Source: a virus. Taken from it: DNA of 51,714 nt. Below, in pieces: positions 36,624 to 44,883 of the stretch. The notes under the pieces are model-generated. The model had not been told where the DNA came from. It saw nothing but the letters and a program-made list of their open reading frames with translations, and did not search any database. Numbering within the stretch: position 1 is the first letter of the stretch; each line of letters starts with the position of its first letter. The stretch covers positions 1 through 51,714 of IMG/VR virus record IMGVR_UViG_3300021389_000035; one strand, written 5' to 3'. A program made the position numbers and the translations under genes.

Positions 36624-37589
36624 ATGAGTATGAATGACATTTTACAAATCGAGACTACTGCTTCTGTTGGTTCTTCGCCATGGGGTATCGGTGAGATTGT
36701 TTCTGGTGACCTGACTCCACGTCAAATGATGGAGAAGGCAGGTTGTAACTGGTCGGTAGAAAAGGTTCCTACCTATGCCGACTATAAAGGTGACAAGATC
36801 CCTACCGGTATGGAAGCTCTTGTTCGTTCTTCGGACAATAAAGTTCTCACCCAAGTTGGTGGTAACTGGGAACCTTGTCAGAACGAGACTGCGTTTGAGT
36901 TCTTCAACGAATACTGCCTCGAAGGTGGTATGCAGATGGACACTGCCGGTTCTCTGAAAGGCGGCAAGATGGTCTGGGCACTTGCCAAGGTCAATGAGTC
37001 TTTCGATGTGTTGAAGGGTGATCGAGTTGATTCCTATCTTCTTTTCTCCAACCCACACGAGTACGGTAAGTCAATCGACATCCGTTTCACTCCGATCCGT
37101 GTATCGTGCATGAACACTCTTGCGTATGCCCTGAAGGGTCGTGCGATCAATGGTGCGAAGATGAATCACCGCCGTGCGTTTGATGCGAATCACGTTAAGA
37201 CTACTCTTGGTCTTGCTCATGAGAAGTTCGAACAGTACAAAGAACTGTCTCAATTCCTTGCGGGTAAGCAGTTCAAGATGGAGAACTTGATTCAGTACTA
37301 CAATGAAGTATTCCCTCGTACTTACCAAGGTAAGAACCCACCACAGGTCAAAACGTATGCTGACTTAACCACTAATGGTCAGAAGGCATTCGATGTGTTG
37401 GAGACTCAGCCAGGTGCAGAGTTTGGTGTGGGTTCATGGTGGCAAGCACTGAACAGTGTAACCTACTTGACTGACCATGAGATGGGTCGTGAAGCAGATT
37501 CACGTATGACATCTGCATGGTTCGGTTCTAACCAAAACCGTAAACAACTTGCGGTATCAAAAGCAATCGAATTTGCGGAGGCTCTATAA
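36624..37589 (+). CDS. DUF932 family (phage/plasmid-like) protein
   Basis: GTGMEALVRSS..., WALAKV, VSCMNTLAYAL, NHRRAFD...; DUF932-like pattern. Confidence 0.7.
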   Translation: MSMNDILQIETTASVGSSPWGIGEIVSGDLTPRQMMEKAGCNWSVEKVPTYADYKGDKIPTGMEALVRSSDNKVLTQVGGNWEPCQNETAFEFFNEYCLEGGMQMDTAGSLKGGKMVWALAKVNESFDVLKGDRVDSYLLFSNPHEYGKSIDIRFTPIRVSCMNTLAYALKGRAINGAKMNHRRAFDANHVKTTLGLAHEKFEQYKELSQFLAGKQFKMENLIQYYNEVFPRTYQGKNPPQVKTYADLTTNGQKAFDVLETQPGAEFGVGSWWQALNSVTYLTDHEMGREADSRMTSAWFGSNQNRKQLAVSKAIEFAEAL

Positions 37590-38050
37590 TGTGTGGAGGT
37601 TACTCGGGAGAACATGAAGTGAAACTTATTCGTAACGCGCTACAAACGCCTGACGGCACAATCATCGAGTCAACGCATCGTCATGACTACGTGACTTATA
37701 CAGATGCCAATGGTAAAGAATACATGGTTGACGGTGGTTTAGATTATTTGAGACGGTCTATTCACGATGATCAGATTGACCTGAGTGAGTATGATGATGC
37801 GCCTCATGAACGACAACGTGAGTTACTTACGTGGGGAACATACGGTATCAATGGCGACCAACCATTGCAGTATAAGACTATCGCAGAAATGGAAACAGGA
37901 CACCTCGAAGCTGTAGTAAAAATGACTGGTATATGTCCAAGACGAAGAAAATGTATGCAAAAAGAATTGGAGTTACGCCTTCAAGAGCAAAAAGACCTTG
38001 ATTGTTATATTACAAGCTACATTATTCCTCCCGAAAAAGAGGTTAAGTAA
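37589..38050 (+). CDS. conserved phage hypothetical
   Basis: 153 aa ORF coupled to the DUF932 gene. Confidence 0.55.
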   Translation: MCGGYSGEHEVKLIRNALQTPDGTIIESTHRHDYVTYTDANGKEYMVDGGLDYLRRSIHDDQIDLSEYDDAPHERQRELLTWGTYGINGDQPLQYKTIAEMETGHLEAVVKMTGICPRRRKCMQKELELRLQEQKDLDCYITSYIIPPEKEVK

Positions 38051-38206
38051 ATGAAAATTGAAATAGAGTTAGACCACGAAAAAACTGATGAGATTGTTAT
38101 TGCGGATTTGCAACAACATATTGACAACTTAGAAGAAGAACACGATGCGGACAATGAAGAATATCTTCTGGCGTTTCGTTTAGTGTTGGATTGGTACGGA
38201 GGATAA
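38051..38206 (+). CDS. small hypothetical protein (51 aa)
   Basis: MKIEIELDHEKTDEIVIADLQQHIDNLEEEHDAD...; ATG directly after the upstream stop. Confidence 0.5.
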   Translation: MKIEIELDHEKTDEIVIADLQQHIDNLEEEHDADNEEYLLAFRLVLDWYGG

Positions 38207-38209
38207 GTA

Positions 38210-38497
38210 ATGAAACGTAAAGATCCTATATTCGATCTGGAACAACATATCATGGAAGCATGGTCGGTTGTTGATGATATTGATATGATAACAACATACT
38301 TTGTAGATAGTCCGGATTGGGCTGGGCATCACTTCAGTGCTGAAGCAGAAGATGCGCTTATGAATAAATATTTCTCTGTCAAAGAACTGTATGCGTTAAA
38401 GTTCGAGAGATTGTTTCATACTTTCGAAAAGGTGTGTAAAGAGTATCATGTACGTGGAAAAAAACTATCGGAGTTTGTAGAAGATGCCGACTTATAG
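38210..38497 (+). CDS. hypothetical protein
   Basis: 95 aa ORF. Confidence 0.5.
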   Translation: MKRKDPIFDLEQHIMEAWSVVDDIDMITTYFVDSPDWAGHHFSAEAEDALMNKYFSVKELYALKFERLFHTFEKVCKEYHVRGKKLSEFVEDADL

Positions 38498-38678
38498 TTA
38501 CAAGTGTTCGAAGTGTGATGTCGTCACAGATGTCCGTATGAGTATGAGTGAAACTGAACGAGAGATGGAACTTCCGTGCACGGCCTGTGACGAAGATACT
38601 CAACAAATTAAAGTGATTACTCAGAGTGGTGGATTCCAACTCAAGGGTAATGGATGGTTTAATAAAGGTGGATATTAA
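38484..38678 (+). CDS. FmdB-like zinc-ribbon protein
   Basis: MPTYSYKCSKCDVVTDVRMSMSE...CTACDED...GGFQLKGNGWFNKGGY. Confidence 0.75.
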   Translation: MPTYSYKCSKCDVVTDVRMSMSETEREMELPCTACDEDTQQIKVITQSGGFQLKGNGWFNKGGY

Positions 38679-38680
38679 TT

Positions 38681-38959
38681 ATGACAATGCCAAATGAAAG
38701 ACGTAATGCTGTTAACCGTACTCGTATATTCTTACTTGACTTAATGGATCCTAAGAAGACACCACGTGTACCAAAATCCATAAGAAAAGAAGCGGCAAGT
38801 TGTTTGAGACATTATCCAGGCGAATACTATATGCTATTAGCTTCGGAACAGGCACCAGAAGTATTTGGTGAATGGAATAGTGGATGGCCAGAGAGTGACC
38901 CCGTTATGGCGGTAATAGACAAAGTTTTTGAAGAACACGGTAAGCAAAACGATGAGTGA
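38681..38959 (+). CDS. hypothetical protein
   Basis: 92 aa ORF. Confidence 0.5.
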   Translation: MTMPNERRNAVNRTRIFLLDLMDPKKTPRVPKSIRKEAASCLRHYPGEYYMLLASEQAPEVFGEWNSGWPESDPVMAVIDKVFEEHGKQNDE

Positions 38960-39272
38960 TTATAGACCAGACAACTGGGTCGTGTTGAAAATAACTTATA
39001 GTGAAGAAACATTATATAAGGTACTCGGTGGTTGGAGTGGTGGGTATCTTGATGGTGACTCTTGGCGCATGAACAGTGGTATCAACTTAGCATTTGAACA
39101 CAAAGAACATATAGACTTCTATGGTCATTCGGGTAGTTGTTATCACTGTCATAGAAAAAGTTACGGATTGCGTATGAATAACGCTGGCGTGTATAATCAA
39201 ATTAAAGAACGCTTTGGTGATAAAGTAGAGTTGATGCCTGAAGACACAAATTGGATGGAGATTGAGTGGTGA
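38952..39272 (+). CDS. hypothetical protein
   Basis: MSDYRPDNWVVLKITYSEETLYKVLGGWSGGYLDGDSWRMNSG... Confidence 0.55.
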   Translation: MSDYRPDNWVVLKITYSEETLYKVLGGWSGGYLDGDSWRMNSGINLAFEHKEHIDFYGHSGSCYHCHRKSYGLRMNNAGVYNQIKERFGDKVELMPEDTNWMEIEW

Positions 39273-39276
39273 GGAA

Positions 39277-39603
39277 ATGAAAACTTACACTGTACTAGCG
39301 AATCGTTGGGGTGATGCTGAAAAACATACCTATTTTGTTGGCGTGTATGATGATGTTGTTCGTGCGTATCGTGCGGCAATCTCTGAAGAGTGCTGGCGTG
39401 GTGGTAAGTATGAATGTGTCGTACACGAAAGCGAACTCAATGCCGAGAACTTCTGTGACTTTCACGGCGAAAGTATAGAAGAATGGTGTGAGAAACAGTA
39501 TTTCCCCGAAGGTCATTATGCGTTAGACGTTATGACTCGAGTCAATCAACATTATGATTTGTATAACATTACAGCGGGTGAAAACCCATTGGTGAAGAAA
39601 TGA
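39277..39603 (+). CDS. hypothetical protein
   Basis: MKTYTVLANRWGDAEKHTYFVGVYDD...; GAGGAA before ATG. Confidence 0.55.
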   Translation: MKTYTVLANRWGDAEKHTYFVGVYDDVVRAYRAAISEECWRGGKYECVVHESELNAENFCDFHGESIEEWCEKQYFPEGHYALDVMTRVNQHYDLYNITAGENPLVKK

Positions 39604-39818
39604 GTATTCGAGTAAATAAAAGACAAGTAGTATCTGGTGAACTGAAACCGTATTGCGCTTTCAGTGGTATTCACGATTACATGGAAGTCACTCAGTGGAC
39701 AAATGGCGAAGGGTTCGATATTAACATTGATCGTGATCAAAGACCTGAAAAGTTCAGTCTCACACACGGCGAGTTTGAGTTGTTACAAGTGTTGATGAAT
39801 TACAAGGCGAGTGAGTAA
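39600..39818 (+). CDS. hypothetical protein
   Basis: 72 aa ORF, ATGA overlap. Confidence 0.5.
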   Translation: MSIRVNKRQVVSGELKPYCAFSGIHDYMEVTQWTNGEGFDINIDRDQRPEKFSLTHGEFELLQVLMNYKASE

Positions 39819-39854
39819 AGAGACTTAAAGTTAAACTCTGGTCACCTTTTGTTG

Positions 39855-39883
39855 TGTACATTGCCAAAAACATGTAGTATAAT
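39855..39883 (+). promoter_or_regulatory. early-type promoter module variant
   Basis: TGTACA-N17-TATAAT then TTATTGAATTGAGAGAG. Confidence 0.5.
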
Positions 39884-39914
39884 AGTACCTTATTGAATTG
39901 AGAGAGATTATATT

Positions 39915-40310
39915 ATGACAGATAAAGAAATACTAAACTTTGTAAGAGAGAATCTAACACTAGAGAAAGACGATAACGGCAGTTACAAAATAAAAGAAAT
40001 ACTCTGCCCCGTTTATGGCGATGTTGTTAATGATATTCATGGCCATGTTCTCGGCAACGTTTCTGGCAACGTTGGAGATATTAAAGGTAGTGTCTGGGGC
40101 AATGTTGAGGGCAGTGTTCGTGGCGATGTTGTTAACCATGTTTTTGGCGATGTTCGTGGCGATGTTCGTGGCAATGTCTGTGGGGATGTTAGAGGAAATG
40201 TCCATGGCGATGTTAAAGCGAGAGGCGATGTTCATGGAGTTAGTTATCGCTCTGCTATCGACACTGATGTCGGTACCACGAATAACTTACAGGAGAGGGA
40301 CTTGAAATGA
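39915..40310 (+). CDS. G-D-V tetrapeptide-repeat (solenoid) protein, copy 1
   Basis: ~16 repeats of G-[DNS]-V-x after conserved head MTDKEILNFVRENLTLEKDDNGSYKIKEILCPVYGDVV. Confidence 0.75.
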   Translation: MTDKEILNFVRENLTLEKDDNGSYKIKEILCPVYGDVVNDIHGHVLGNVSGNVGDIKGSVWGNVEGSVRGDVVNHVFGDVRGDVRGNVCGDVRGNVHGDVKARGDVHGVSYRSAIDTDVGTTNNLQERDLK

Positions 40311-40576
40311 ATATAACAGACGAAGAAATACTAGACTTTGTAAGAGAGAATCTAACACTAGATAAAGATGAGAACGGTAGTTACAAACTAAAAGAAATAC
40401 TCTGTCCCGTTTATGGCGATGTTGTTGGCGATGTTAAAGGCACTGTTTTTGGCGATGTTAAAGGCACTGTTTTAGGCGATGTTAAAGGCACTGTTTTAGG
40501 CGATGTTAGAGGTGACGTTAAAGGCAATGTTCGTGGCAAGGTTTTAGGTAGGGTTTATGGTGAGGTACGTAAATAA
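40307..40576 (+). CDS. G-D-V tetrapeptide-repeat protein, copy 2
   Basis: Same head domain; GDVKGTVFGDVKGTVLGDVKGTVLGDVRGDVKGNV. Confidence 0.75.
   Translation: MNITDEEILDFVRENLTLDKDENGSYKLKEILCPVYGDVVGDVKGTVFGDVKGTVLGDVKGTVLGDVRGDVKGNVRGKVLGRVYGEVRK
40428..40510 (+). repeat. tandem 24-nt-period DNA repeat inside the GDV protein
   Basis: GGCGATGTTAAAGGCACTGTTTTx repeated three times. Confidence 0.8.
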
Positions 40577-40743
40577 TGTTTAAATCTTTACATGTTGAAT
40601 CATTTGGTGTACCGGAACATGATAAGTTCATTGATGAATTCAAAAAGGAACTACATCTTCGGATCAATGACGATATCGAACAATCACTTCATGACGAGTT
40701 GGTCAAACTTGGCTGGACTCCTCCTAAGAAAGAGAATGAGTAG
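40576..40743 (+). CDS. small hypothetical protein (55 aa)
   Basis: MFKSLHVESFGVPEHDKFIDEFKKELHLRINDD...WTPPKKENE, coupled start. Confidence 0.5.
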   Translation: MFKSLHVESFGVPEHDKFIDEFKKELHLRINDDIEQSLHDELVKLGWTPPKKENE

Positions 40744-40967
40744 TGAGATATAGAATCGTTGAGAAAGAGAATTGTTATGGCCAATCCATGTTTTATGTTC
40801 AAGAGAAGGGTTTGTTGTGGGGGTGGAACTATGTTATGGATCTCCATGACATGATAATCACTTTTAGAACTGAAGAGTTTGCTTTGAAAACTATCAAAGA
40901 ATGGAATGGTTACAAATACAATAAGATCGTAAACATTACAGAGGTGTCGAATGAAAGACCGGATTAA
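40743..40967 (+). CDS. hypothetical protein (GTG start)
   Basis: 74 aa ORF coupled to the upstream gene. Confidence 0.5.
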   Translation: MRYRIVEKENCYGQSMFYVQEKGLLWGWNYVMDLHDMIITFRTEEFALKTIKEWNGYKYNKIVNITEVSNERPD

Positions 40968-41136
40968 AGAACTTGCTGTAGAGTCAAGAGATAGTTGGGG
41001 ATACGAAAATTGGGAAAGGTTCGCTGAGTTGATTATTCAGGAATGTGCAGAGGTGGCATCAAGAGCAGATGATGTTAACGAGGATTATCCAGCATGGTAT
41101 TTGATCGAGAAACATTTCGAAGTTAGGAGTAAATAG
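40951..41136 (+). CDS. tandem paralog protein copy 1
   Basis: MKDRIKELAVESR...ERFAELIIQECAEVASRADDVNEDY. Confidence 0.6.
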   Translation: MKDRIKELAVESRDSWGYENWERFAELIIQECAEVASRADDVNEDYPAWYLIEKHFEVRSK

Positions 41137-41138
41137 CT

Positions 41139-41330
41139 ATGAAAGACCGGATTAAAGAACTTGCTATAGAGTCAAGAGGTAGTTCGGGATACGGCAAACC
41201 TTTCCCATGGCGAAGGTTCGCCGAGTTGATTATTCAGGAATGTGCAGAGGTGGCATCAGGAGCAGATGATGTTAACGAGGATTATTCCGGATGGTATTTG
41301 ATTGAGAAACATTTCGAAGTGGAAGAGTAA
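41139..41330 (+). CDS. tandem paralog protein copy 2
   Basis: MKDRIKELAIESR...RRFAELIIQECAEVASGADDVNEDY. Confidence 0.6.
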   Translation: MKDRIKELAIESRGSSGYGKPFPWRRFAELIIQECAEVASGADDVNEDYSGWYLIEKHFEVEE

Positions 41331-41711
41331 ATGATAACGTATAGTACAAACTTCATGGGCCCAATCTCAATAGAATGGTATCGTAAACGTGGATTGACAC
41401 ATAAAGTCAGCAAAGTTCTCGAATATGGCAGAAGGTTTTATCCAAAAGGCTTAGGGCCAGGTGATGTGTGGGAATATGATGAGATCACTACACATTATTG
41501 CTGTGGACGTATCGACATTCGTGGTTTAGACGAAGAAGAAAACTACGGTGGGTGGGGCGAGTATGGTGTTGCTCCTATGCGCACCGAAGACTGGAATGCG
41601 CTTAGTGATTGGTTGGATGAGTTGGAAACTTACGAGCTGACTACATACGAAGAACTGATCGATCAATTCGAGCATTACAACGGGAAATCGATAAGATGGG
41701 CAGATGAGTAA
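41331..41711 (+). CDS. conserved phage hypothetical
   Basis: 126 aa ORF. Confidence 0.5.
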   Translation: MITYSTNFMGPISIEWYRKRGLTHKVSKVLEYGRRFYPKGLGPGDVWEYDEITTHYCCGRIDIRGLDEEENYGGWGEYGVAPMRTEDWNALSDWLDELETYELTTYEELIDQFEHYNGKSIRWADE

Positions 41712-42846
41712 GATACTGTGTATCGACTATGGGTTGTGTAACTTTCACAATCTTATTTCTCTTGTCGAAGATGGTCATAAAGTTTATGTCCTAACATCCG
41801 AAAAATACGAACTGTGCCCCACGACTTTATATAAAGAGTTGGGTATTCATATATTGGACATTGACCGGAAAAGTGTTTTAGATAATTTCATAGAATCCGA
41901 GTCTATAGATTTGATGATATCGACAGATCCTACTATCGACATGATCAATTCATATCAACACAAATTAAAGTATATCGGACTGACTCCACGATCCTCTAGG
42001 TTAGAAACCCATAAATGGATGACCAGATGTGAAGTTAAGAAGTTAGGAATAAAAGTCCCTGAGATACTTCCTCGACCCATTGCTCCCTGTGTCATAAAAC
42101 CAATAGTCACCAAAAAGGGATTTGACCGAGTTAACATATGTCTGACCGAAAAAGATTTTGGAATCTTCGATGATAATACATTCTATGTTGAAGAGTATCT
42201 TACCGATACCATAGAGACTAATGTTGATTATATAATGTCTCAAGGTAAATGGTCTATACTACATGCCCAACAAAAGATCGGAGAAGACCTCGGAAAGATG
42301 TCGAACCAATTGATACACTGGACTTGTACTTCCAGTTTCAAGAGCCTTCCCGTTGAGCTCAACGATATGGTATTGGATAATGCAAAGAAGTATCTGGACT
42401 GGGCATCCGCACAATGCAGTAGATCCTCGTACATTGGACAACTGACCGGTTTCATTAAAGATGGGGAGTGGTACTTCTGTGAGAATAATGTCAGACCTTC
42501 ACAGACCAATAGTGTACCCTATTTCGTATCGGGAGATGAATGGTTGATGGCCATGCATGGTCACCCTGAGATAATAGGTGAATCCTTTCCGGTAGATGTT
42601 AATAAGATGATCGTGATGCCAATGGAACCAGACTCACCATACCCTTTCGATCTACACCTAAAACATAATGTTGCGATACCCTGCGGACTCGATATAGTCG
42701 ATGATGAGTATCGTGTATCTTTGATGATGAGAGGAAAATCTACTGACAATAGGATTGGGTTGTTGATATGTGATGATAATATCCCCCAAGGATTTGTCGA
42801 TGATTTCCGCACCGATGGTAATTTTTCCATTACTACATTCATATAA
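41704..42846 (+). CDS. ATP-grasp fold protein, PurD (GAR synthetase)-like
   Basis: ILCIDYGLCNFHNLISLVEDGHKVYVLTS, LETHKWMTRCEVKKLGIKVPE, CVIKPIVTKKGFDRVNI, GQLTGFIKDGEWYFCENNVRPSQTNSVP. Confidence 0.65.
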   Translation: MSKILCIDYGLCNFHNLISLVEDGHKVYVLTSEKYELCPTTLYKELGIHILDIDRKSVLDNFIESESIDLMISTDPTIDMINSYQHKLKYIGLTPRSSRLETHKWMTRCEVKKLGIKVPEILPRPIAPCVIKPIVTKKGFDRVNICLTEKDFGIFDDNTFYVEEYLTDTIETNVDYIMSQGKWSILHAQQKIGEDLGKMSNQLIHWTCTSSFKSLPVELNDMVLDNAKKYLDWASAQCSRSSYIGQLTGFIKDGEWYFCENNVRPSQTNSVPYFVSGDEWLMAMHGHPEIIGESFPVDVNKMIVMPMEPDSPYPFDLHLKHNVAIPCGLDIVDDEYRVSLMMRGKSTDNRIGLLICDDNIPQGFVDDFRTDGNFSITTFI

Positions 42847-42884
42847 TGAATGGTGACTATTCGTGAAATGGATGACGATAGTTG

Positions 42885-42913
42885 TTGACTTCTTGTTTTG
42901 GTTATGAGATAAT
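42885..42913 (+). promoter_or_regulatory. repeated early-type promoter module copy 5
   Basis: TTGACT-N17-GATAAT then AAATTGAGTTGAGAGGG. Confidence 0.7.
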
Positions 42914-42945
42914 GGCTGTACAAATTGAGTTGAGAGGGTTTTATT

Positions 42946-43068
42946 ATGCAGATTACATACAAAGGTTATTGCGCTCTGGGTGGCGCATCTAATCCAAGAC
43001 TTTACTCACGAGCTGTGTATTTGGGTAAACACTATATGCACACCTCTTATTACTTGATGGGTTATTAA
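42946..43068 (+). CDS. small hypothetical protein (40 aa)
   Basis: MQITYKGYCALGGASNPRLYSRAVYLGKHYMHTSYYLMGY, downstream of a promoter module. Confidence 0.45.
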   Translation: MQITYKGYCALGGASNPRLYSRAVYLGKHYMHTSYYLMGY

Positions 43069-43071
43069 ACC

Positions 43072-43692
43072 ATGAGAATTGCTGACTCTACTCTTTATGA
43101 GATGTATCTTGAAAAACATAAGAGAGCACAGAACAAAGGTGCACGTGTTCCTTACCACACGTTCTCTTACAAAACTAGAGATTCTGAACGTCAAAAGACT
43201 TACAATGCAGAACACTTGTTTCAAAGACAAATCGAGAATCCCACGTTCGAGACTCTAGAAGAAGTTCAGGAATTCTCACGTAAAATCTACAAGTCTAAGA
43301 CTTGGATCAAGTTATGGACAAAATCGGTCGAAGAAGACTTTTCTCGTGTCCTCAATTCACAACCAGAAGTAGTACAGATGAACTCCCGTACTAAGAAATT
43401 ATCGGGTTTCACTGATGGTTCTAGTGTAACCCTATGTCCTATCAATGGTTTCAACAAGTACGTTCTACTGCACGAACTTGCTCACACTCTGGGTCATATG
43501 CACCACGGCCGTTCGTTCCGTCAATGTCTCCTGAGTCTGGTCGGTACCTTTATGGGTGCTGATGAGAAGAAGATTCTGAAGAACGAATTTAAAAGAAAAG
43601 GTCTTGCATTCGGAAACGCTAAAAAACCAATGACTTTCGAGAATTGGGTATCACGTAAACAACGTCTGGAAAATATGAGGAAAAAACTATAA
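43072..43692 (+). CDS. putative zincin metallopeptidase-like protein
   Basis: KYVLLHELAHTLGHMHHGRSF: HExxHxxGHxHH. Confidence 0.7.
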   Translation: MRIADSTLYEMYLEKHKRAQNKGARVPYHTFSYKTRDSERQKTYNAEHLFQRQIENPTFETLEEVQEFSRKIYKSKTWIKLWTKSVEEDFSRVLNSQPEVVQMNSRTKKLSGFTDGSSVTLCPINGFNKYVLLHELAHTLGHMHHGRSFRQCLLSLVGTFMGADEKKILKNEFKRKGLAFGNAKKPMTFENWVSRKQRLENMRKKL

Positions 43693-43877
43693 TGTCAATT
43701 GATTATATGAAAACGGTACCGTTTATTGTTGTAATATTAATAAGTTTCGTAATAGGTTCGGTGTTTGGTTCTACTTCCGTACAGAGTTCTTGGCGACTCG
43801 ATGCAGCTGCAACCGAATGTGCACAGTTTAATCCGTCCAATGGACACTTTGAATGGTTGACAAATGAAGAAAAATAA
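43692..43877 (+). CDS. small membrane protein
   Basis: FIVVILISFVIGSVFGS TM segment. Confidence 0.5.
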   Translation: MSIDYMKTVPFIVVILISFVIGSVFGSTSVQSSWRLDAAATECAQFNPSNGHFEWLTNEEK

Positions 43878-44124
43878 TGTAAAATGGTATAACCAAAACA
43901 GTATAGACTGGTACGTAAAATGGTGTGCTACCATAATCATTCTAGTCTCTGTTGTTTTTCGTAATGCTGGCTTTGAATACCGCATGTTTGATTTGACTTT
44001 CGGTGTAATGGGCACGATACTATGGTTATGGGTAAGTGTGTTATGGAAAGATAGAGCACTCATAATATTGAACGCGGTTATGTTTATGTTACTTGCATCC
44101 GCACTACTAAAGGAAATTAATTAA
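43864..44124 (+). CDS. small membrane protein
   Basis: Hydrophobic segments CATIIILVSVVFRNAG, VMGTILWLWVSVLW, LNAVMFMLLASALL. Confidence 0.5.
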   Translation: MKKNNVKWYNQNSIDWYVKWCATIIILVSVVFRNAGFEYRMFDLTFGVMGTILWLWVSVLWKDRALIILNAVMFMLLASALLKEIN

Positions 44125-44840
44125 TGTTTGAACATGTACCGGTCGAATTGACTGAGATGGAAGCAGTGACCACTGATAGTGGTCGTAAATACAAAACCCC
44201 CGAAGGTGTCAACCTTCCCTCTATCACTACAGTCCTTTCGATTCTGTCACGTGACAGTATTGCCAAGTGGCGTAAACGTGTAGGTGAGGCAGAGGCGAAT
44301 CGTGTCTCTTATCGTGCGTCTACTCGTGGTACTGCGGTTCACGAAATCTGTGAACAGTATGTGAACAATGACCCTGATTGGGACAAGTATATGGCAATCG
44401 ACCCCGACAATGGGGAAATGAAGTTGACCAAGCGTACTCCTGACCTCATCCAATCGTTTCTTGATTTGAAACCAATACTGGACGAACGTCTGACTAAGGT
44501 CTTCGCACAAGAAGCCCCACTCTACTCTAATCATTTGGGTGTTGCGGGTCGTGTGGATTGCGTGGGTATCTTTGATGGTAAACCGTCAATCATCGATTAC
44601 AAAACTTCGATGAAACCCAAACGTCTCGATTGGATTAAGAACTACTTCATGCAAGAGGCTGCATATGCCATCATGTGGGAAGAACGTACTGGCCAACCGA
44701 TTACTCAGTTGGTTACTATAATCTCAGTAGACCAAAATGAACCTCAAGTGTTTATTGAACATCGTGACAACTGGGTTCGTCCGTTAATCGACACTATTGC
44801 ACAATATAATGAGGAAAATTCTACTTCCCTTTTTGTATAA
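44124..44840 (+). CDS. PD-(D/E)XK (Cas4/RecB-like) exonuclease
   Basis: RGTAVHEICEQY, GVAGRVDCVGIFDGKPSIIDYKTS (D-xn-DYK), QEAAYAIMWEE. Confidence 0.8.
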   Translation: MFEHVPVELTEMEAVTTDSGRKYKTPEGVNLPSITTVLSILSRDSIAKWRKRVGEAEANRVSYRASTRGTAVHEICEQYVNNDPDWDKYMAIDPDNGEMKLTKRTPDLIQSFLDLKPILDERLTKVFAQEAPLYSNHLGVAGRVDCVGIFDGKPSIIDYKTSMKPKRLDWIKNYFMQEAAYAIMWEERTGQPITQLVTIISVDQNEPQVFIEHRDNWVRPLIDTIAQYNEENSTSLFV

Positions 44841-44843
44841 ATA
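44836..44843 (+). promoter_or_regulatory. T4-type late promoter element TATAAATA
   Basis: Exact TATAAATA 41 nt upstream of the ATG of the first virion-cluster gene. Confidence 0.75.
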
Positions 44844-44883
44844 GTGTTATAATTTGTTTATATTCACTTTTTAGGAAATAGGT

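Noticed and set aside
36624-37589. DUF932 gene as an anti-restriction (ArdC/ArdA-like) protein
   Set aside because: DUF932 similarity alone does not justify an anti-restriction call; kept as family name only.
39960-40235. Minus-strand 91 aa repeat ORF (IATNIATNIAKNM...)
   Set aside because: It is the complement of the GDV repeat array, so its repetitiveness is inherited from the sense gene.
40428-40510. Possible CRISPR array
   Set aside because: The repeats are contiguous 24 nt coding units without unique spacers and encode the GDV solenoid. No cas genes; no CRISPR array seen elsewhere in the window.
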